NCBI GenBank assembly: GCA_958422985.1
Contig: CATZPY010000001.1
Coordinates: 780 to 64,779 of the forward strand
Length of the DNA stretch: 64,000 nucleotides
Direction: 5' to 3'
From: an uncultured Clostridium sp.
Lineage (GTDB): Bacteria > Bacillota > Clostridia > TANB77 > CAG-508
Part shown: positions 52,054 to 62,395 of the stretch, in pieces
Layout: each line of letters begins with the position of its first letter
How positions within the stretch are numbered: position 1 is the first letter of the stretch
Translations under genes and position numbers: made by a program
Notes under the pieces: generated by a model
Database searches by the model: none
The model's input: only the letters and a program-made list of their open reading frames with translations
What the model was told of the DNA's origin: nothing

Positions 52054-53130
52054 GTGAGAATCAGCAAAAAAGATGAAGTTACAGACATACTAAAGCTAAT
52101 TTCACCTGGAACACCAATAAGAGAAGGACTAGATAATATTTTAAAAGCAAAGACAGGAGCGTTATTAGTATTTTCAGATTCTAAAGAAGTTTTAGACTTA
52201 GTAGATGGAGGATTTTTTATAGACGAAGAATATACATCTTCTAAACTTTATGAACTGGCCAAAATGGATGGTGCTATAGTATTAAGTACAGACCTAAAGA
52301 AAATTTTATATGCAAATGCACAGCTAATACCATCACCAGAAATTACTACTAAAGAAACAGGTACTCGTCATAGAACTGCAGAAAGAACAGCTAAACAAAC
52401 AGGAGCATTAGTAATAAGTATTTCGCAAAGAAGAAATATAATAACAGTATTTAAAGGCAATTTAAGGTATACCATACAAGATTCATCAACAATATTAAAC
52501 AGAACAAACCAAGCATTACAAACATTAGAAAAATATAAGAAAGTATTTGATAGTAAGTTAAATGTTTTAAATGAATATGAATTTAACGATATTGTTACTT
52601 TAGATAATGTAGTAAGTGCAATACAAAGAGCAGAAATGGTTATGAAAATTGTAGACGAAGTGCAAAGAGGAATTTCTGAATTAGGACAAGATGGTAGGCT
52701 TATAAGTATGCAATTAGAAGAATTAGTAGGTGGATTAGAAAGAGAAGAGCTTTTAATAATAAAAGATTATCTATGTAGAGAAACAAACAAAACAGAAGAT
52801 GAAGCATTAGAAGAAATAATTAAATTGCCATATGAAGATCTTTTAAAAACCTCTTCAATAGCGAAAACATTAGGATATGATAACTTTGACAATTATGATG
52901 AAGTTGGAGTTTATACAAGAGGATATAGAATATTAAGTAAAATTCCTAGGGTGCCTAATAATATAGTAGAAAATTTAGTAAAATCTTTTGACTCTTTCCA
53001 ACATATTTTAGATGCAGATATTCCAGAACTTGATGAGGTAGAAGGAATAGGTGAAGTAAGAGCCAAGACAATAAAACAATCTTTAAAAAGAATGCAAGAG
53101 CAATTTATTTTTGACAATGCTTTAATTTAA
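52054..53130 (+). CDS. disA: DNA integrity scanning protein DisA (diadenylate cyclase)
   Basis: DAC domain (DGAIVL, TRHRTAER) plus a C-terminal HhH. Canonical radA-disA order. Confidence 0.94.
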   Translation: MRISKKDEVTDILKLISPGTPIREGLDNILKAKTGALLVFSDSKEVLDLVDGGFFIDEEYTSSKLYELAKMDGAIVLSTDLKKILYANAQLIPSPEITTKETGTRHRTAERTAKQTGALVISISQRRNIITVFKGNLRYTIQDSSTILNRTNQALQTLEKYKKVFDSKLNVLNEYEFNDIVTLDNVVSAIQRAEMVMKIVDEVQRGISELGQDGRLISMQLEELVGGLEREELLIIKDYLCRETNKTEDEALEEIIKLPYEDLLKTSSIAKTLGYDNFDNYDEVGVYTRGYRILSKIPRVPNNIVENLVKSFDSFQHILDADIPELDEVEGIGEVRAKTIKQSLKRMQEQFIFDNALI

Positions 53131-53145
53131 TTAGGAGGATAACGA

Positions 53146-53913
53146 ATGAAAACAAAGAAAATAATTATGATTATAGCAATTATATTAATAGTTGTATTAA
53201 CAGGTTTTGTAGGGTATACAATATACCAAAAAGTAACATTTAAAAGACAAAATCCAATAGTTACAATGGAAATAGAAGGAATTGGAACAATGAAGTTAGA
53301 GTTATATCCAGACCAAGCGCCAAATACAGTAGCCAATTTTATAACTTTAGCTAATAGAGGATTTTATGATGGTTTAACATTTCACAGAATAGTAAAAGAC
53401 TTTATGGTACAAGGTGGGGATAAAGACGGAACAGGTTCAGGCTCACCAACATTATCTGCAATAGAAGATGGTGCTTCAGAAACAGAAAACTATGCAATAA
53501 AAGGAGAATTCGTACAAAACGGATTTAATAAAAATACTATAAGACATGAAAAAGGTGTAATATCAATGGCAAGATCAGACTATAGCCAAATGGGGCTATA
53601 TGAAGAAGGATATAACTCAGCGGGATCACAATTTTTTATAATGACAGGTGACAATGCAACGTTAAATGGATATTACGCAGCATTTGGAAAAGTTATAGAA
53701 GGAATGGAAGTATTAGATAAATTAAATGAAACAGAAGTAACAACAGCAGACGAAAAAGAAGGAGCGGAAGCAAGTAAACCAGTTAATGCACCAGTAATAA
53801 AAAGTGTAAGAGTAGACACTTTTGGTGTAGATTATGGAAAGCCAAAGACAGTAAAACCATTTGACTATAATTCATATTTACAACAAATGTATAGCGGAAT
53901 GAGTGGTATGTAG
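53146..53913 (+). CDS. Membrane-anchored cyclophilin-type peptidyl-prolyl isomerase
   Basis: N-terminal TM helix, then FHRIVKDFMVQGGD and GSQFFI motifs. Confidence 0.9.
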   Translation: MKTKKIIMIIAIILIVVLTGFVGYTIYQKVTFKRQNPIVTMEIEGIGTMKLELYPDQAPNTVANFITLANRGFYDGLTFHRIVKDFMVQGGDKDGTGSGSPTLSAIEDGASETENYAIKGEFVQNGFNKNTIRHEKGVISMARSDYSQMGLYEEGYNSAGSQFFIMTGDNATLNGYYAAFGKVIEGMEVLDKLNETEVTTADEKEGAEASKPVNAPVIKSVRVDTFGVDYGKPKTVKPFDYNSYLQQMYSGMSGM

Positions 53914-53929
53914 GAAACGAACTTAAGAG

Positions 53930-53966
53930 AATCTCCGAGAGCGGAGAACGGTCCTTAAAATCCAGA
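53930..53966 (-). repeat. R2 dispersed repeat, copy 4
   Basis: The reverse complement reads ctGGATTTTAAGGACCGTTCTCCgctctcGGAGA, with an internal tctcc/ggaga hairpin. Confidence 0.6.
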
Positions 53967-53971
53967 TTAAT

Positions 53972-53998
53972 AAAAAAGCACATTACTGTGCTTTTTTT
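53972..53998 (+). terminator. Intrinsic terminator after the cyclophilin gene
   Basis: aaaaaagcac attact gtgcttttttt. Confidence 0.75.
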
Positions 53999-54060
53999 AT
54001 GTATTAGGAACAAAATAAGTATAGTATACATATAATATTATATAAGAGAGGTAATGCTAT

Positions 54061-55206
54061 ATGAGTACAATATATTTTGATCATGCAGCGACTACTGCAG
54101 TTGCACCAGAAGTAAAAAAAGAAATGGATCCATATTTTTGTGAAAACTATGGGAATGCATCTTCATTATATGAACTAGGTTATAAATCTAAAGAGGCAAT
54201 AAATATAGCAAGAGGGAATGTAGCAAGAGTAATAAAAGCTAATCCAAAAGAAATATATTTTACCTCTTGTGGAAGTGAAAGTGATAATTTAGCAATAAAA
54301 GGAGTAGCAAGAGCTAATAGAAGAAGAGGAAACCACATAATTACAAGTAAAATAGAACATCCAGCAGTTTTAAATACCTGTAGGCAATTAGAAAGAGAAG
54401 GTTTTATAGTAACATATTTAAATGTTGATAGAAATGGAAAAATAGACATAAATGAACTAAAAAGAAGTATTAATAATAGAACTATTTTAGTGTCTATAAT
54501 GTTTGCTAATAATGAAGTTGGAACTATAGAACCTATAAAAGAAATTGCAAATATTGTTCATAATTACAATGCGATATTTCATACAGATGCAGTTCAAGCA
54601 ATTGGAAATGTAGAAATAGATGTTAAAGATATGGGGATAGATTTATTGTCAATGTCTGCTCATAAGTTCTACGGGCCAAAAGGGGTAGGTGCTTTATATG
54701 TAAAAGACGGTATAAATTTTGTACCTTTGCAAAATGGTGGACATCAAGAAAATGATAAAAGAGCAGGAACTGAAAATGTAGCAGGTATTGTTGGGCTTGG
54801 TAAAGCTATAGAAATTGCTAATTACCAGATGCAAGATAGAAACCAAAAAATACTAGAATTAAGAAATTATTTTATAGATGAAATAAAAAACAAAATTCCA
54901 TATATAAAAATAAATGGTGATTTAGAAAATAGATTACCAGGAAATATAAATATTTCATTTTTATATACTAAAGGAAAAGATATTGTAAAATTACTTGCAA
55001 AATATGATATATGTACTTCGAGTGGTTCTGCTTGTAGTAGTGGACTTCCACAGCCATCACATGTATTGCTTGCAATGGGGCTAAATGAAGACATTGCAAA
55101 TAGTGCAGTAAGAATAACTTTAGGCAAAGAAAATACAAAAGAGGAAATAGATTATACAATAAGTATATTAAAAAGAATTGTAGAAAATCTTAGAACAGAA
55201 GTATAA
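54061..55206 (+). CDS. Cysteine desulfurase (NifS/IscS-like, class V aminotransferase)
   Basis: SAHKFYGPKG (PLP lysine) and SSGSACSS (catalytic Cys loop). Confidence 0.92.
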   Translation: MSTIYFDHAATTAVAPEVKKEMDPYFCENYGNASSLYELGYKSKEAINIARGNVARVIKANPKEIYFTSCGSESDNLAIKGVARANRRRGNHIITSKIEHPAVLNTCRQLEREGFIVTYLNVDRNGKIDINELKRSINNRTILVSIMFANNEVGTIEPIKEIANIVHNYNAIFHTDAVQAIGNVEIDVKDMGIDLLSMSAHKFYGPKGVGALYVKDGINFVPLQNGGHQENDKRAGTENVAGIVGLGKAIEIANYQMQDRNQKILELRNYFIDEIKNKIPYIKINGDLENRLPGNINISFLYTKGKDIVKLLAKYDICTSSGSACSSGLPQPSHVLLAMGLNEDIANSAVRITLGKENTKEEIDYTISILKRIVENLRTEV

Positions 55207-55252
55207 AAGAAGGATTTCTTAAAAGATACATTCTTAAGTAATTTAAAGTGTG

Positions 55253-55291
55253 AAAAAAAGGTACAAATTTAATTTGTACCTTTTTGTTTTT
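55253..55291. terminator. Bidirectional terminator between the desulfurase and SPFH genes
   Basis: aaaaaaaggtacaaatt/aatttgtaccttttt. Confidence 0.75.
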
Positions 55292-55328
55292 GAATTCCTC
55301 CAACTAGGTTGGGGAAGGTTATTACATT

Positions 55329-56270
55329 TTAGTTATCTTTTAATTTTTTATCTACAATTTTTTTCTCACCATCTTTTATAACTTCTGTAGCAGCACCTAA
55401 ACCACTTAATGCTGCAGTTGCTTCGAAAGGAATAAATACTTTATTAGCATCACCTTTAGCAACTTCTTCAAGAGCTTCTAAAGATTTAATTTGAATAAGT
55501 TTTTCGTCTGGGTCAGCTTTTTTAATTGCTTCGTAAACCATTCTTACTTCTTCAGCTTTAGCTTCAGCTACTTTTCTAATTGCTTCGGCTTCACCGGCAG
55601 CTCTTCTTATTTGAGCTTCTTTGTCTGCTTCAGCTTCTAGTATAGCAGCAGCTTTCTTACCTTCAGCAAGTGTAATAGCAGATTGTCTTTCACCTTCAGA
55701 TTGCAGAATTAAAGCTCTTTTATTTCTTTCTGCATTCATTTGTTTTTCCATTGCATCCCTAATATCATCTGGTGGGTTAATATCTTTAATTTCTACTCTG
55801 TCAATTTTACAACCCCATTTATCTGTTGCGTCATCTAAGATAGATCTTAATTTTTGATTTATTAAATCTCTAGAACTAAATGTTTCGTCTAAAGACATTT
55901 TACCTACGATATCACGAATTGTAGTGATTGCTAAATATTCAATACCTTTCTTTAAAGATTGAATTTCGTAAACAGCTTTTGCAGGGTCTGTTATTTGATA
56001 GAATACAACAGTATCTATTGTAATTGTAACGTTATCTTGTGTGATAACTCCTTGTGGTGGGATATCCATAGTTTGTTGTTTTAAACTAACAACACTACGA
56101 ACATGGTCTACAAAAGGGAATATTACTGTAAGACCAGCATCTGCAACTTTATGAAATTTACCTAATCTTTCAATTATATAAACCTCAGATTGCTTAACTA
56201 CTTTAATTGATTTATAAGCGATTATAGCAACAAAAACTATTAAAACTAATAAAAATATAATTCCTCCCAT
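55329..56270 (-). CDS. SPFH/band-7 (stomatin-like) protein
   Basis: N-terminal TM helix, an SPFH domain, and an Ala/Glu-rich coiled coil. Confidence 0.9.
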   Translation of the reverse strand: MGGIIFLLVLIVFVAIIAYKSIKVVKQSEVYIIERLGKFHKVADAGLTVIFPFVDHVRSVVSLKQQTMDIPPQGVITQDNVTITIDTVVFYQITDPAKAVYEIQSLKKGIEYLAITTIRDIVGKMSLDETFSSRDLINQKLRSILDDATDKWGCKIDRVEIKDINPPDDIRDAMEKQMNAERNKRALILQSEGERQSAITLAEGKKAAAILEAEADKEAQIRRAAGEAEAIRKVAEAKAEEVRMVYEAIKKADPDEKLIQIKSLEALEEVAKGDANKVFIPFEATAALSGLGAATEVIKDGEKKIVDKKLKDN

Positions 56271-56284
56271 TTTTGATTCTCCTT

Positions 56285-56743
56285 CTATTTATTTTCTATT
56301 TTATTAGATGGTAATTTATAATTACTTGCAACGCAAGCTTTTACACCATCTATACCAATAATTTCTACTTTAGAACCTTTTGGAATAGTTAAATTTGGGT
56401 CCATTGTTTTAGCAGACCAAATTTCTCCATCTACACTAATTTGACCTGTAGAATTTAATAAAGAAATTTCTTCTGTTACAAGTGCCATTTTTCCAATAAT
56501 TGCGTTAGAATTTGTTATAGTATTATTACTTTTTACATATTTAGTAAGCAAAGGTCTTGTAAAAATAAGTAATAATATAGAAATTACTACAAATACTAAA
56601 ACTTGAATAAATAAATTAGTTGTAATAAAACTAACCAGCATAGCTATAACTGCTGCTATTGCAAACCATAATAGTAAAAAACCAGATGTTAATATTTCAC
56701 CTACAAATAGCACGCCAGCTATTATTAACCAAACTAGCCACAT
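56285..56743 (-). CDS. NfeD-family membrane protein
   Basis: Three or four TM helices plus a C-terminal OB-like domain. The classical NfeD-SPFH operon pair. ATG at 56743 after AAAGGAGGAG. Confidence 0.85.
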   Translation of the reverse strand: MWLVWLIIAGVLFVGEILTSGFLLLWFAIAAVIAMLVSFITTNLFIQVLVFVVISILLLIFTRPLLTKYVKSNNTITNSNAIIGKMALVTEEISLLNSTGQISVDGEIWSAKTMDPNLTIPKGSKVEIIGIDGVKACVASNYKLPSNKIENK

Positions 56744-56909
56744 AAAGACTCCTCCTTTGCACAATTCATTAAAATTATACCATAAATACCCATAAAAGTA
56801 AAGAAAAACAAAATATTTATGTTAAGTATTAATATTTTTAAAAATTTTATTCACTAATTTATTATTTTATGATAATATAAGAAGGAATTTTATAATAAGG
56901 AGATTACAA

Positions 56910-58604
56910 ATGGCAAAAAGAATGAAAGAAAAAAACGAAAGAAATAAAGGAAAAATAGTATTAAATATAATTATTGCATTAATATTTCTTGCGATAGTAG
57001 GTGGAGTATTTTACTTTTCTCCCAATTATATAAAAGAAGATTATGAAGGAAAAACTAAAATATTAATAAACAATAATAATGTTACATTAAAAATGAAGAA
57101 TGATGTATATATAGATGAAAACAATAATGTATTTATGTCTATATCAGATATAAAAAATTATTTTGACAAATATATAGAGTATGACAAAGAAGATGGCGAT
57201 ATTGTAACAACATCAGAAATAAATATAGCTAAATTAAGTACAGAGAATAAAACAATTACAATAAATGGAAAAGAGGAAGAACTTAATTCATCTGCTATAA
57301 AAAAAGGAGAAACAATTTATTTACCATTTTCAGAAATAAGTCAAAAGGTTTATGATGTAAATTTAGAATACATAAAAGACACAAACACAATTATTATAGA
57401 TTCATTAGATAGAAAGCAAGAAACAGCAACTGTGAATAAAAATACAAAAATTAAATATAAACCACAAATTTTTTCTAGAACTTTGGATAAAATTAAAGAA
57501 AATGAAAAAGTAGTATTTATAGAAGAAAAAGAAGATTGGGCCAAAGTTAGAACTATAGATGGAATAATAGGATATATAAAAAAAGATAAACTAAATGATT
57601 TAGAAGTTGTACGAGAAGAAAAAAATTACATAAATAAAGTAGATGGAAAAATTAACTTAGTTTGGGATTACTATTCAGAATATGCTAATGCTCCAAATAG
57701 AAGAGACGAAAAAATGGCTGGAGTAAATGTTGTATCACCAGCATTCTTTTCTATTATGAAAGGAAGTAATGGAGAAATAAATGACAATGCAAAAGAAGAA
57801 GGAAAAGAATATATAAAATGGGCACATAATAATAAATATCAAATTTGGGCAATGTTTTCTAACAATTCATTAAAAGATACTACTTCACAAATATTAAATG
57901 ATTACGAAAAAAGAGAGAACATGATAGAAAACTTAATAGTTTTAGTAGAAAAATATGATATAGACGGTGTAAATGTAGACTTCGAAAATATGAATGAATC
58001 AGATAAAGATGTATATTCAAAATTTTTAATAGAATTAGCTCCAAGATTAAAGAAAATGGGGAAAACACTATCTGTAGATGTAACAGCTCCAGATGGCTCT
58101 GCAACATGGTCTTTATGTTTTGACAGAGATGTAATTGCAGATGTTTCAGATTATGTAATATTTATGGCTTATGACCAATATGGTACAGGTTCTGGTAAAG
58201 CAGGTACAACAGCAGGATATAATTGGGTGGAAGCAAATATTAAGAAATTTTTAGGACAAGAAGATGTACCACCAGAAAAAATAGTACTAGGAATACCATT
58301 ATATATGAGAACATGGGAAGAAAAACGAGATGGTACATTTGTTCCAAATGTAGTAAACATGAACGATTTATTTGATGTTCTTCCAGAAAATCAAGTAGCA
58401 ACATGGGATGAAGATTTAAAACAATACTATGTAGAATACGAGAAAAAAGGTAAAAAATATAAAATGTGGATAGAAAATGAAAAATCCATAGGAGAAAAAA
58501 TAAATTTAGCTAAAAAATATAATTTAGCTGGAATAGCTTTTTGGGAAAAAGATAGAGAGCCAAATAATGAATTTTGGACATTTGTAAAAGAAGAGCTAAA
58601 TTAG
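56910..58604 (+). CDS. GH18 glycosyl hydrolase with TM anchor, stalk and SH3b-like domains (YaaH/YdhD-like)
   Basis: The DGVNVDFE catalytic motif (DxxDxDxE), plus an SH3b-like segment WAKVRTIDGIIGYIKKDKL. Confidence 0.85.
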   Translation: MAKRMKEKNERNKGKIVLNIIIALIFLAIVGGVFYFSPNYIKEDYEGKTKILINNNNVTLKMKNDVYIDENNNVFMSISDIKNYFDKYIEYDKEDGDIVTTSEINIAKLSTENKTITINGKEEELNSSAIKKGETIYLPFSEISQKVYDVNLEYIKDTNTIIIDSLDRKQETATVNKNTKIKYKPQIFSRTLDKIKENEKVVFIEEKEDWAKVRTIDGIIGYIKKDKLNDLEVVREEKNYINKVDGKINLVWDYYSEYANAPNRRDEKMAGVNVVSPAFFSIMKGSNGEINDNAKEEGKEYIKWAHNNKYQIWAMFSNNSLKDTTSQILNDYEKRENMIENLIVLVEKYDIDGVNVDFENMNESDKDVYSKFLIELAPRLKKMGKTLSVDVTAPDGSATWSLCFDRDVIADVSDYVIFMAYDQYGTGSGKAGTTAGYNWVEANIKKFLGQEDVPPEKIVLGIPLYMRTWEEKRDGTFVPNVVNMNDLFDVLPENQVATWDEDLKQYYVEYEKKGKKYKMWIENEKSIGEKINLAKKYNLAGIAFWEKDREPNNEFWTFVKEELN

Positions 58605-58705
58605 TAATTAATAATTTATTAGCCCAATAGCATTTTTTAAATGAAAAATTAAATTAACAAGTAATATAAAATCACTTTATTCATATAAATGAGTAAGGTG
58701 ATTTT

Positions 58706-59545
58706 ATGGTTGGATATATAAAAACAAGAAATGAAAAGAATATAATTAAAAAAATACTAAATAAAATAGAAATAGATGAATATGAAAATGGAAAGAAATA
58801 TACGATTCCTAAATTTAATAAAAAATTATTGGAAAAGCTTAAAGAAGATAATATAAAAAATATTGTAGTTGCTAAAAAAGATAAGGAAAATATAGAATTT
58901 TTAAATAATATATATTCAAATAACATGAATATAATAGATGGAAGAAAATTATTTAAACACTTAATTCCAGAAATAATAGAATATCTATCGAAGGTATGTA
59001 AAATCAACATAAAGGATATGCAAATAACAATACTTGCAAATGATTATTCACAAGTCAATATATTTTATATAAATGAATTAATTACAGAAGTAAAAAGCGT
59101 AAATATTGTTACAAATAATATTAATAGGTTTAAACAATTTGCAGATAAGTTATATAATAAAGAAGCTATAGTAGTTCCTGTAATGAACAATAAAAATAAA
59201 AGTTTATTAAATAAAAAAATAATATTAAATATAGATTTTTCAGAAGAACAATTAAGAAAATATAAGATGAATAGAAAAGCTATTGTAATAAATATAGAAA
59301 ACAATATAAAAAGCTTTAACAGAACTTTTACAGGAATAAATATAAATAACTATAAACTTATTTCTAAAAAAGAAGAAAGTGAATTTGAAGAAAATGAAAT
59401 TTATGAATCATATATTATAATGCATAAAATACAAGATATAAGGAAAATAATAATTAAAAAAAATTTACAAATAGAAAGTTTTATAGGAAACAGAGGAAAA
59501 ATAGATATTAGTGAATATGACTTAAACACTAAAAGTAAAATATAA
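58706..59545 (+). CDS. Hypothetical Asn/Lys/Ile-rich protein
   Basis: 279-aa ORF with a weak RBS (AAGGTG). No motif recognised. Confidence 0.5.
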   Translation: MVGYIKTRNEKNIIKKILNKIEIDEYENGKKYTIPKFNKKLLEKLKEDNIKNIVVAKKDKENIEFLNNIYSNNMNIIDGRKLFKHLIPEIIEYLSKVCKINIKDMQITILANDYSQVNIFYINELITEVKSVNIVTNNINRFKQFADKLYNKEAIVVPVMNNKNKSLLNKKIILNIDFSEEQLRKYKMNRKAIVINIENNIKSFNRTFTGININNYKLISKKEESEFEENEIYESYIIMHKIQDIRKIIIKKNLQIESFIGNRGKIDISEYDLNTKSKI

Positions 59546-59668
59546 TTTGTAAAATTAACATTAATTGTGTTGATGAATATAAATAAAAAAATAAGAAACA
59601 ATACTTGACAAAAGGTAAATATTGGCTTAATATAATGCAGTAATAAATTATTCAGGAGGGATGACAGA

Positions 59669-60154
59669 ATGGGAGATAACAACAAGGAAATTCTACTAAC
59701 AGAAGAAGGATATAAAAAAATGGAAGCTGAACTAGAAAAGCTAAAAACAGAAACTAGATCAGAAATAGCAGAAAGAATAAAAGTAGCTTTAGGTTTTGGA
59801 GATCTTTCAGAAAATTCAGAATATGATGAAGCAAAAAATGCACAAGCGGCAAATGAAGATAAAATAGCAGAATTAGAAGCAAAATTAAGATTTGCAAAAA
59901 TTATAGATGATTCAGAAATAGATACAAAAAAAGTACAAATAGGAAATACTGTAAAAGTTCTAGATATGGAATTTGACGAAGAAGTTGAATATACAATAGT
60001 TGGAACAACAGAGGCAGATATTACACAAAACAAAATATCTAATGAATCTCCTATAGGTTCAGCTTTATTAGGAGCAAAGAAAAACGAAATAGTAGAAGTT
60101 CAAGTACCAGCTGGTATAAGCAAATATAAGGTACTATCTATAACAAAAGTATAA
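59669..60154 (+). CDS. greA: Transcription elongation factor GreA
   Basis: [17 protein letters not shown]...[13 protein letters not shown]. Confidence 0.95.
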   Translation: MGDNNKEILLTEEGYKKMEAELEKLKTETRSEIAERIKVALGFGDLSENSEYDEAKNAQAANEDKIAELEAKLRFAKIIDDSEIDTKKVQIGNTVKVLDMEFDEEVEYTIVGTTEADITQNKISNESPIGSALLGAKKNEIVEVQVPAGISKYKVLSITKV

Positions 60155-60191
60155 TAAAAAATTTTAATACAAAGCGAAATTTTAGTATTAA

Positions 60192-60260
60192 AGAATTATT
60201 GCATACATAAGATTTTCTTAAAATTTAAATTTGGTAGAAAATCCTAGTATGCTTTTTTTC
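60192..60260 (+). repeat. R1 terminator-like dispersed repeat, copy C (greA terminator)
   Basis: agaattattgcatacataagattttcttaaaatttaaatttggtagaaaatcctagtatgcttttttt. Confidence 0.85.
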
Positions 60261-60330
60261 TGCACAAAAGAATTATTATGTGCATTAGAATTTTTATTAA
60301 TTTGAAAAGCTAAGACGTGCTTTTTTGTAT

Positions 60331-60360
60331 CGTGATTTTTAGGACTGTCCCAAAATCCCG
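60331..60360 (-). repeat. R2 dispersed repeat, copy 5 (most diverged)
   Basis: The reverse complement reads cgGGATTTTGGGACAGTCCTaaaaatcacg. Confidence 0.45.
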
Positions 60361-60464
60361 ATATTATATTGAAAAAAGTGTAATAATTATGGTAAAATAT
60401 ATCCTAAATGAAGCATATTTTTTTACATTCCAACATATAAATATAATAAAGGGGTGTATATAAT

Positions 60465-60626
60465 ATGGAATATGCAAAAGATGAAATTTTTACTATAGAA
60501 TACAATAATAAGAAGAAAAGAAATAATAATAATATTTTAGGGTTATTATTTTCTATATGTGGAATATTTTGTATAGCTAATATAATAGCTATATATAATT
60601 TTTTTAAAATAGTATCAAATATGTAA
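60465..60626 (+). CDS. Possible 53-aa small membrane protein; not in the ORF track
   Basis: My own translation: MEYAKDEIFTIEYNNKKKRNNNNILGLLFSICGIFCIANIIAIYNFFKIVSNM. RBS AAAGGGG lies upstream. It ends 13 nt before the methyltransferase gene. Confidence 0.4.
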   Translation: MEYAKDEIFTIEYNNKKKRNNNNILGLLFSICGIFCIANIIAIYNFFKIVSNM

Positions 60627-60639
60627 TTGGAGATGGAAT

Positions 60640-61506
60640 ATGAAAATAGCAAATAATTGGAAAGACTATGAAATATTAGACATGGCAAATGGAGAAAAAT
60701 TAGAAAGATGGGGAGATATATATTTAGTAAGACCAGACCCACAAATAATATGGAAAGAAAAAAATTTTAAGAATAAATGGAATAATGTACATGGAATATA
60801 TAGCAGAAGTAACACCGGTGGTGGCAATTGGAAATTCCAAAAGAAAGTTCCACAAAACTGGCAAATAAAATATAAAAATTTAACATTCAATATAAAGCCA
60901 ATGGGATTTAAACATACAGGACTTTTTCCTGAACAAGCAGTTAACTGGGATTGGATGATTAATAAGATACAAAGCTGTAAAAGAGATATAAAAGTATTAA
61001 ATTTATTTGCATATACAGGAGGAGCAACTGTAGCATGCCTTTCTGCAGGAGCGTCTGTATGTCATGTAGATAGTTCTAAAGGAATGGTAGCGTGGTCAAA
61101 AGAAAATGTTAATTCATCTGGATTAAAAGAAAGACCAGTTCGTTATATAGTTGATGATGTAGAAAAATTTGTAAATAGAGAAATAAGAAGAGGCAATAAA
61201 TATGATGCAATTATTATGGATCCACCTTCATATGGTAGAGGAACAAAAGGAGAAGTATGGAGATTTGAAGAAGATATTGCAGATTTAGTTAAATTATGTA
61301 CTAAAGTATTGTCGGACAAGCCTTTATTTTTCTTAATAAATTCTTATACTACTGGTATTTCTGCAAAAGTATTAGAAAACATATTAAGAATAAATATAAA
61401 AAATAATGGAAGTTTTGAAGCTGGTGAAATAGGATTGCCTATGACAAATTCTAAACTTGTACTTCCTTGTGGAATATATGGTAGATGGGAGGAAAATAAT
61501 GCTTAA
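60640..61506 (+). CDS. Class I SAM-dependent (RlmI/RlmK-like) methyltransferase
   Basis: VLNLFAYTGGATV (motif I) and IIMDPPSYG (motif IV). Confidence 0.85.
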   Translation: MKIANNWKDYEILDMANGEKLERWGDIYLVRPDPQIIWKEKNFKNKWNNVHGIYSRSNTGGGNWKFQKKVPQNWQIKYKNLTFNIKPMGFKHTGLFPEQAVNWDWMINKIQSCKRDIKVLNLFAYTGGATVACLSAGASVCHVDSSKGMVAWSKENVNSSGLKERPVRYIVDDVEKFVNREIRRGNKYDAIIMDPPSYGRGTKGEVWRFEEDIADLVKLCTKVLSDKPLFFLINSYTTGISAKVLENILRINIKNNGSFEAGEIGLPMTNSKLVLPCGIYGRWEENNA

Positions 61507-62179
61507 TGTATTATATGAAGATAATCACATTATTGTCGTAGTTAAAGAACCTGGAATTCCATCACAGGAAGACAAAACTAAAGATGAAGATATGCTTACT
61601 ATTATAAAAAAGTATTTAAAAGACAAATATAATAAGCCAGGAAATGTTTATTTAGGACTAGTTCATAGGTTAGATAGAAATGTTGGAGGAGTTATGGTAT
61701 TTGCTAAAACTTCTAAAGCGGCTTCTAGATTAAGTGAACAGATTAGAAATAAACAAGTTAAGAAAAAATATATTGCTGTAATAAAAGGAAAAATGGAGCA
61801 ACCTAAAGGAGAAATGAAAGATTACTTAAAAAAGGATGAAAAAAATAATAAATCTTTTGTTTCAAATGAAAATAGAAAAAATGCTAAGTTAGCAGAACTA
61901 GAGTATGAAACTTTAAAATATGATGAAAAAATAAATATGAGTTTAGTAAAAATTAATTTAAAAACAGGAAGACATCATCAAATAAGAGTACAGTTTTCTA
62001 GTAGAGGTCATAGTTTATGCGGGGATACTAAATATGGAACAAGAAGTAGGAGTAAGCAGTTAGCCTTATGGTCATATAAATTAAGTTTTTATCATCCTGT
62101 AACAAAAGAAAAGTTGCAATTTAAATATTTGCCTAATTGTAATGGAGTATGGGATATATTAAAAGATATACATATATAG
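61499..62179 (+). CDS. RluA-family pseudouridine synthase
   Basis: LVHRLDRNVGGVMVFAKT (catalytic Asp) and GRHHQIRVQ. ATG at 61499 after GGGAGG, overlapping the upstream stop. Confidence 0.9.
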   Translation: MLNVLYEDNHIIVVVKEPGIPSQEDKTKDEDMLTIIKKYLKDKYNKPGNVYLGLVHRLDRNVGGVMVFAKTSKAASRLSEQIRNKQVKKKYIAVIKGKMEQPKGEMKDYLKKDEKNNKSFVSNENRKNAKLAELEYETLKYDEKINMSLVKINLKTGRHHQIRVQFSSRGHSLCGDTKYGTRSRSKQLALWSYKLSFYHPVTKEKLQFKYLPNCNGVWDILKDIHI

Positions 62180-62180
62180 T

Positions 62181-62212
62181 AAAAAAGTTCAATTTATAAT
62201 TGAACTTTTTTA
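62181..62212 (+). terminator. Intrinsic terminator
   Basis: aaaaaagttcaatt/aattgaactttttt. Confidence 0.75.
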
Positions 62213-62395
62213 TATATTTCAATAAAGAACAATAAAGTTAAACTATAGTTCTATTGGCGAAATATGGTTTTATATATGTAAAAAATAATAACAATTATTC
62301 ACAAGCAAAACATATCATTTCACCAAACAAATGAACAAAAATAATAAAAAGAGATTATAATAAAGACAGATCAACGAAAGAAATGAGGGATAAAT

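Noticed and set aside
55291-55320. tcctccaactaggttggggaagg as a sixth R2 copy (it shares tccaact with copy 3).
   Set aside because: Only a 7-nt match, and it lacks the GGATTTTAAGGA core.
60404-60742. 112-aa minus-strand ORF.
   Set aside because: No RBS and a low-complexity hydrophobic translation. It overlaps the start of the well-supported methyltransferase gene and the candidate small + strand ORF.
62213-62395. AgrA/LytTR-type direct repeats upstream of agrB (for example aaAGTTaaactatAGTTct).
   Set aside because: The two AGTT cores are about 11 nt apart, not the roughly 21-nt spacing of LytTR sites. This is not convincing without a PWM scan.
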